A DNA stretch of 63,850 nt, filler included, from Candidatus Fermentibacterota bacterium (GTDB taxonomy: Bacteria > JAFGKV01): assembly GCA_016928395.1 (NCBI GenBank). It is 7 parts of 7 records of this genome, joined end to end, with 100 filler letters (N's around TTAATTAATTAA, not from the genome) between each part and the next. Parts side by side here need not be neighbours in the genome. Positions count along the whole stretch, not along the records: positions 55,981 to 63,850 come from JAFGKV010000110.1; 6 more parts are not named here. One strand, 5' to 3'. The notes under the pieces were generated by a model. It worked only from the letters and a program-made list of their open reading frames with translations, was not told the origin of the DNA and searched no databases. Numbering within the stretch: position 1 is the first letter of the stretch; each line of letters starts with the position of its first letter. The translations under genes and the position numbers were made by a program. Positions 61,409 to 63,850 of the stretch are shown here, one piece after another.

Positions 61409-61738
61409 ATGCCCGACCAAGTTGCTCCGCTGTCGGATCGAGACCGCCACGCCAAGGGTCCGAAGGGCAGCCGGACCATCGGCATCAGGGAACTCAAAGC
61501 GCATGCCTCTGCGGTCATCCAGGAAGTGAAGCGTCGCCGGGTCAGCTATGCAGTCACGAAGCGTGGCCGGGTTGAGGCCGTGATCGTTCCGGTGGATGTC
61601 GGGGAACGGCTGCTTTCACCCTCCCCGGCGGAGACCGCGTGGGAAGAGTGGCAGTGCTTGGCGACTGAACTGGCCAGGAGTTTTCAGGGCCGCACGACGC
61701 ACTCCGCCGTTGAAGAGCTGAGCCGGATGAGGCGCTGA
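61409..61738 (+). CDS. Phd/YefM family antitoxin
   Basis: AAGGAG RBS; TIGIRELKAHASAVIQEV..VTKRGRVEAVIVP. Confidence 0.88.
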   Translation: MPDQVAPLSDRDRHAKGPKGSRTIGIRELKAHASAVIQEVKRRRVSYAVTKRGRVEAVIVPVDVGERLLSPSPAETAWEEWQCLATELARSFQGRTTHSAVEELSRMRR

Positions 61739-61739
61739 G

Positions 61740-62171
61740 ATGCGTCTGATCACGGTCGATTCGAGCGTCTTCGTGAGCGCAGCCCGGCCATCGGAGCCGG
61801 GTTTCGAGGAGAGTACGGCGTTTCTCGCGTGGATTCGCCGTACCCAGCCGCGACTCTTTCTTCCGACGTTGGCCATCGTCGAGATGGCTACCGCTCTCAG
61901 TCGAACCGGGAACGACGAGGATATGGCGCAACGCTATGCCATGGCAGTCGGCCGATTGCCGAACACGGTGTTGGTCGCACTGGATGAGGGGCTGGCACGG
62001 CAGGCTTCGGAGCTCGGATCGCGCCACAAGCTGCGGGGAGCGGATGCAGTGTACGTGGCGACCGCGTCGCTTTTTGCCGCGCAGTTGGTGACGCTGGATC
62101 GAGAGCAGTTGGAACGCGGGGCTGCCATTGTTCAGACACTGACGCCATCTGGTTTCGTCGCCGCGACGTGA
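61740..62171 (+). CDS. PIN-domain (VapC-like) toxin
   Basis: VDSSVFV, E in LAIVEM, LRGADAVYVA, LVTLD; directly after the antitoxin. Confidence 0.9.
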   Translation: MRLITVDSSVFVSAARPSEPGFEESTAFLAWIRRTQPRLFLPTLAIVEMATALSRTGNDEDMAQRYAMAVGRLPNTVLVALDEGLARQASELGSRHKLRGADAVYVATASLFAAQLVTLDREQLERGAAIVQTLTPSGFVAAT

Positions 62172-62506
62172 TCCCCCCGCCGAGTTCGCCAATGGCCACC
62201 GTCTGGAGGTGGTCGCAGTAGATGGTGTACTCCCGGGACACACGATCCTCGCTGAACAGGTGAACCTTGGAGGGGACATCTCGCACGGTCGTGGTGATGG
62301 GTGTGCCAATTTGACTTCGCCGAGGTACTCATGAGCGGGCGTGGCGGATGTCGGTGCGGGGAGTGCATCATACATGGGTCAAGATTCGAGGATCGATCGG
62401 GCGATCTTGCTGAGCCATATCTGCGCATGTTCTGCACCAACGTCCCCCAGGTGGTCCTCCAATGTCCCCCAAATGGTCCTCGTGCAAGGGCCTTGCAGCG
62501 ATTCCC

Positions 62507-62737
62507 GGAACGACAGGATTCGATGTCGGGGAACTCCTCGATGGGACAAGCAACGCGGCCTTCGCGTACCGCGTGGTCGCCAAGCGCAAGGGGTTCGAGG
62601 ATCGCAGCCTCGACTGCTGCGCAGCCGCGGAACAGGATTCCTGCCTGTTCCCGGAGCTTCGGGAGAAGGAGCTGCGGGAGCATGAGGAGAAGCAGGAGCG
62701 GATGGTGCATGCGACGCCGGTGGGGAGCGAGGAGTGA
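62507..62737 (+). pseudogene. Orphan C-terminal fragment paralogous to the end of the 57286-59475 protein
   Basis: GFDVGELLDGTSNAAFAYRVVAKRKGFED..LFPELREKE versus GFEVIELQGGTSSVPFTYRVVAKRKGFEA..LYPEVREKE; 28-nt identity 62565-62592 = 59315-59342. Confidence 0.85.
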
Positions 62738-62792
62738 GGGGTGAGGCCGAAGGAACTGAATGAGCGACAGAGGGGGCGACTCGGGATCGTGC

Positions 62793-63137
62793 CTACGACG
62801 CTTCGGCCTCCAGTACGCGCTCGAGCTCACGCTTCATAGTGGGGACTCTCTCGGTTACTACTTCCCAAATCAATCCGTAGTCTACCCCGAAGTATCCGTG
62901 GATTAGCCGGTCCCGCATCCGCGCTACGCGTCGCCACTCGACCGCCGGGTATCGATCACAGAGATCCTCCGGAACCTTCTTCGCGGCCTCCCCGATCACC
63001 TCCAGGCTGCGCACGAACGCACGGCGCAAGGTCGGATCGGCGAGAAACCGGGCGCGTGAGAGGCCTTGGCTCTCCCTGGTGAGGTAGTCCGCCTCAGCCA
63101 GCATGTGACGAACGTATTCAAGCGGCTCGAAGGACAT
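62793..63137 (-). CDS. HEPN (DUF86/HepT-like) ribonuclease toxin
   Basis: RAFVRSLEVIGEAAK, RMRDRLIHGYFGVD (RxxxxHxY). Confidence 0.92.
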   Translation of the reverse strand: MSFEPLEYVRHMLAEADYLTRESQGLSRARFLADPTLRRAFVRSLEVIGEAAKKVPEDLCDRYPAVEWRRVARMRDRLIHGYFGVDYGLIWEVVTERVPTMKRELERVLEAEAS

Positions 63138-63435
63138 CAACTGCTTCGGCAAGTATGTGCGGACCGATGAATGGAGAGAGCGCCTCGGTGGTGATGAGAT
63201 CAACCGGCACCCCGAGGAGCGCCTCCAGGAGATCGGCGAGGGCAAGAAAGCCATCCACGCTCTTCCGTCCGGGCTCAAACTCCACAAGCAGGTCTATGTC
63301 GCTATCGGGTCTGGCGTCACCCCGGAGCGACGAGCCGAATAGTGCAAGTCGCCGCACACCCAGCTCGCGGATATTCGGTTCGACGCTCTGCATGAGCGTG
63401 ATGAGCTGCTGAGAAGGGAGAATCATCGTTTGCAT
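63118..63435 (-). CDS. Minimal nucleotidyltransferase (MNT/MntA-like) antitoxin
   Basis: LALFGS..RG..PDSDIDLLVEF, VDL; overlaps the HEPN gene. Confidence 0.92.
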   Translation of the reverse strand: MQTMILPSQQLITLMQSVEPNIRELGVRRLALFGSSLRGDARPDSDIDLLVEFEPGRKSVDGFLALADLLEALLGVPVDLITTEALSPFIGPHILAEAVDVLRAA

Positions 63436-63636
63436 GCGTCCCAACTTATGCGGCAGCCGGCTCTGGTGCCATGTCAGAGTGTCGGTGAGTTCAGCTGCGT
63501 CGAGTTGACGCCACACTCCTTGCACTCCCGGTATGGGGCATTGGCTGTAGAGATGGGACCACCTCATCTGCTTGACTCTCTGGGCCGAAGAAGCGAGCTC
63601 GCCATCGCGTAGTGGGGCTGTGCGACCCTGAGGTGA

Positions 63637-63850
63637 GCCGGGCAGGACCCCTTTCGTCCCCTTGCCTGCGTGCGAGTGGCGTTCATCGGGCAGGTGGATG
63701 TGAAGGTGGTAGGCCCCGTCCAATCGGGGAATCTGCTGGTGCCGTCGGGGATGGGAGACCGGACAGCGGTGGCGGTGCTGCGGGATGATATCAGTGCGAC
63801 GCAGTTCCGCGAGGTATTCGGCCAGGTGTGGGAGGGAAGCAGTGACAGCG
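63637..63850 (+). pseudogene. Fragment resembling the C-terminal chaperone-like domain of fibre-type proteins; runs off the window
   Basis: VAFIGQVDVKVVGPVQSGNLLVPSG..TAVAV..FGQVWE, with in-frame stops just upstream (63610, 63634). Confidence 0.45.

Noticed and set aside
62172-62460. Possible degraded HicAB-like fragment on the minus strand
   Set aside because: Only a vague resemblance (KVHLF..YTIYCDHL..VAIG); too weak to support.
62507-62737. Possible DGR template repeat for the 57286-59475 gene
   Set aside because: Differences are not confined to adenines and there is no reverse transcriptase in the window.

Overview
GC-rich bacterial DNA made of seven sequence blocks joined by artificial 100-nt N/TTAATTAATTAA linkers (15215-15314, 25037-25136, 40282-40381, 47052-47151, 51004-51103, 55881-55980), so adjacency across linkers is not guaranteed. 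A YPNPF/FlgD-Ig type C-terminal domain and a gingipain-like protein suggest an FCB-group candidate-phylum MAG (inference). Block 1: Ig-repeat surface protein, LPP20-like, TPR-SpoIID, a very degenerate NuoJ/K/L/M-like membrane module, envelope sugar genes, ispE, tRNA-Gln(TTG) and a truncated integrase. Block 2: PfkB kinase, a 36-aa Lys-rich ORF, typA, a wHTH regulator with two candidate operators, a B12-radical SAM gene and a LeuC/D-HacA/B dehydratase pair. Block 3: a polysaccharide deacetylase fused to a B1-type metallo-beta-lactamase, then five B12-radical SAM genes with three GT2 and one GT-C glycosyltransferase. Block 4: REP mosaics, a CDF transporter and a C25 protein. Block 5: adenylate cyclase-STAND-TPR. 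Block 6: rpoB-rplL-rplJ-rplA. Block 7: three toxin-antitoxin-like pairs interleaved with a Gly-rich repeat surface protein and orphan C-terminal fragments, plus a complete IS110 element. Best observation: the IS110 5' non-coding end folds into a two-loop bridge-RNA-like structure whose segments match the reconstructed CT-core target and donor, including handshake nucleotides. It has an apparent internal promoter and inverted polarity relative to IS621.
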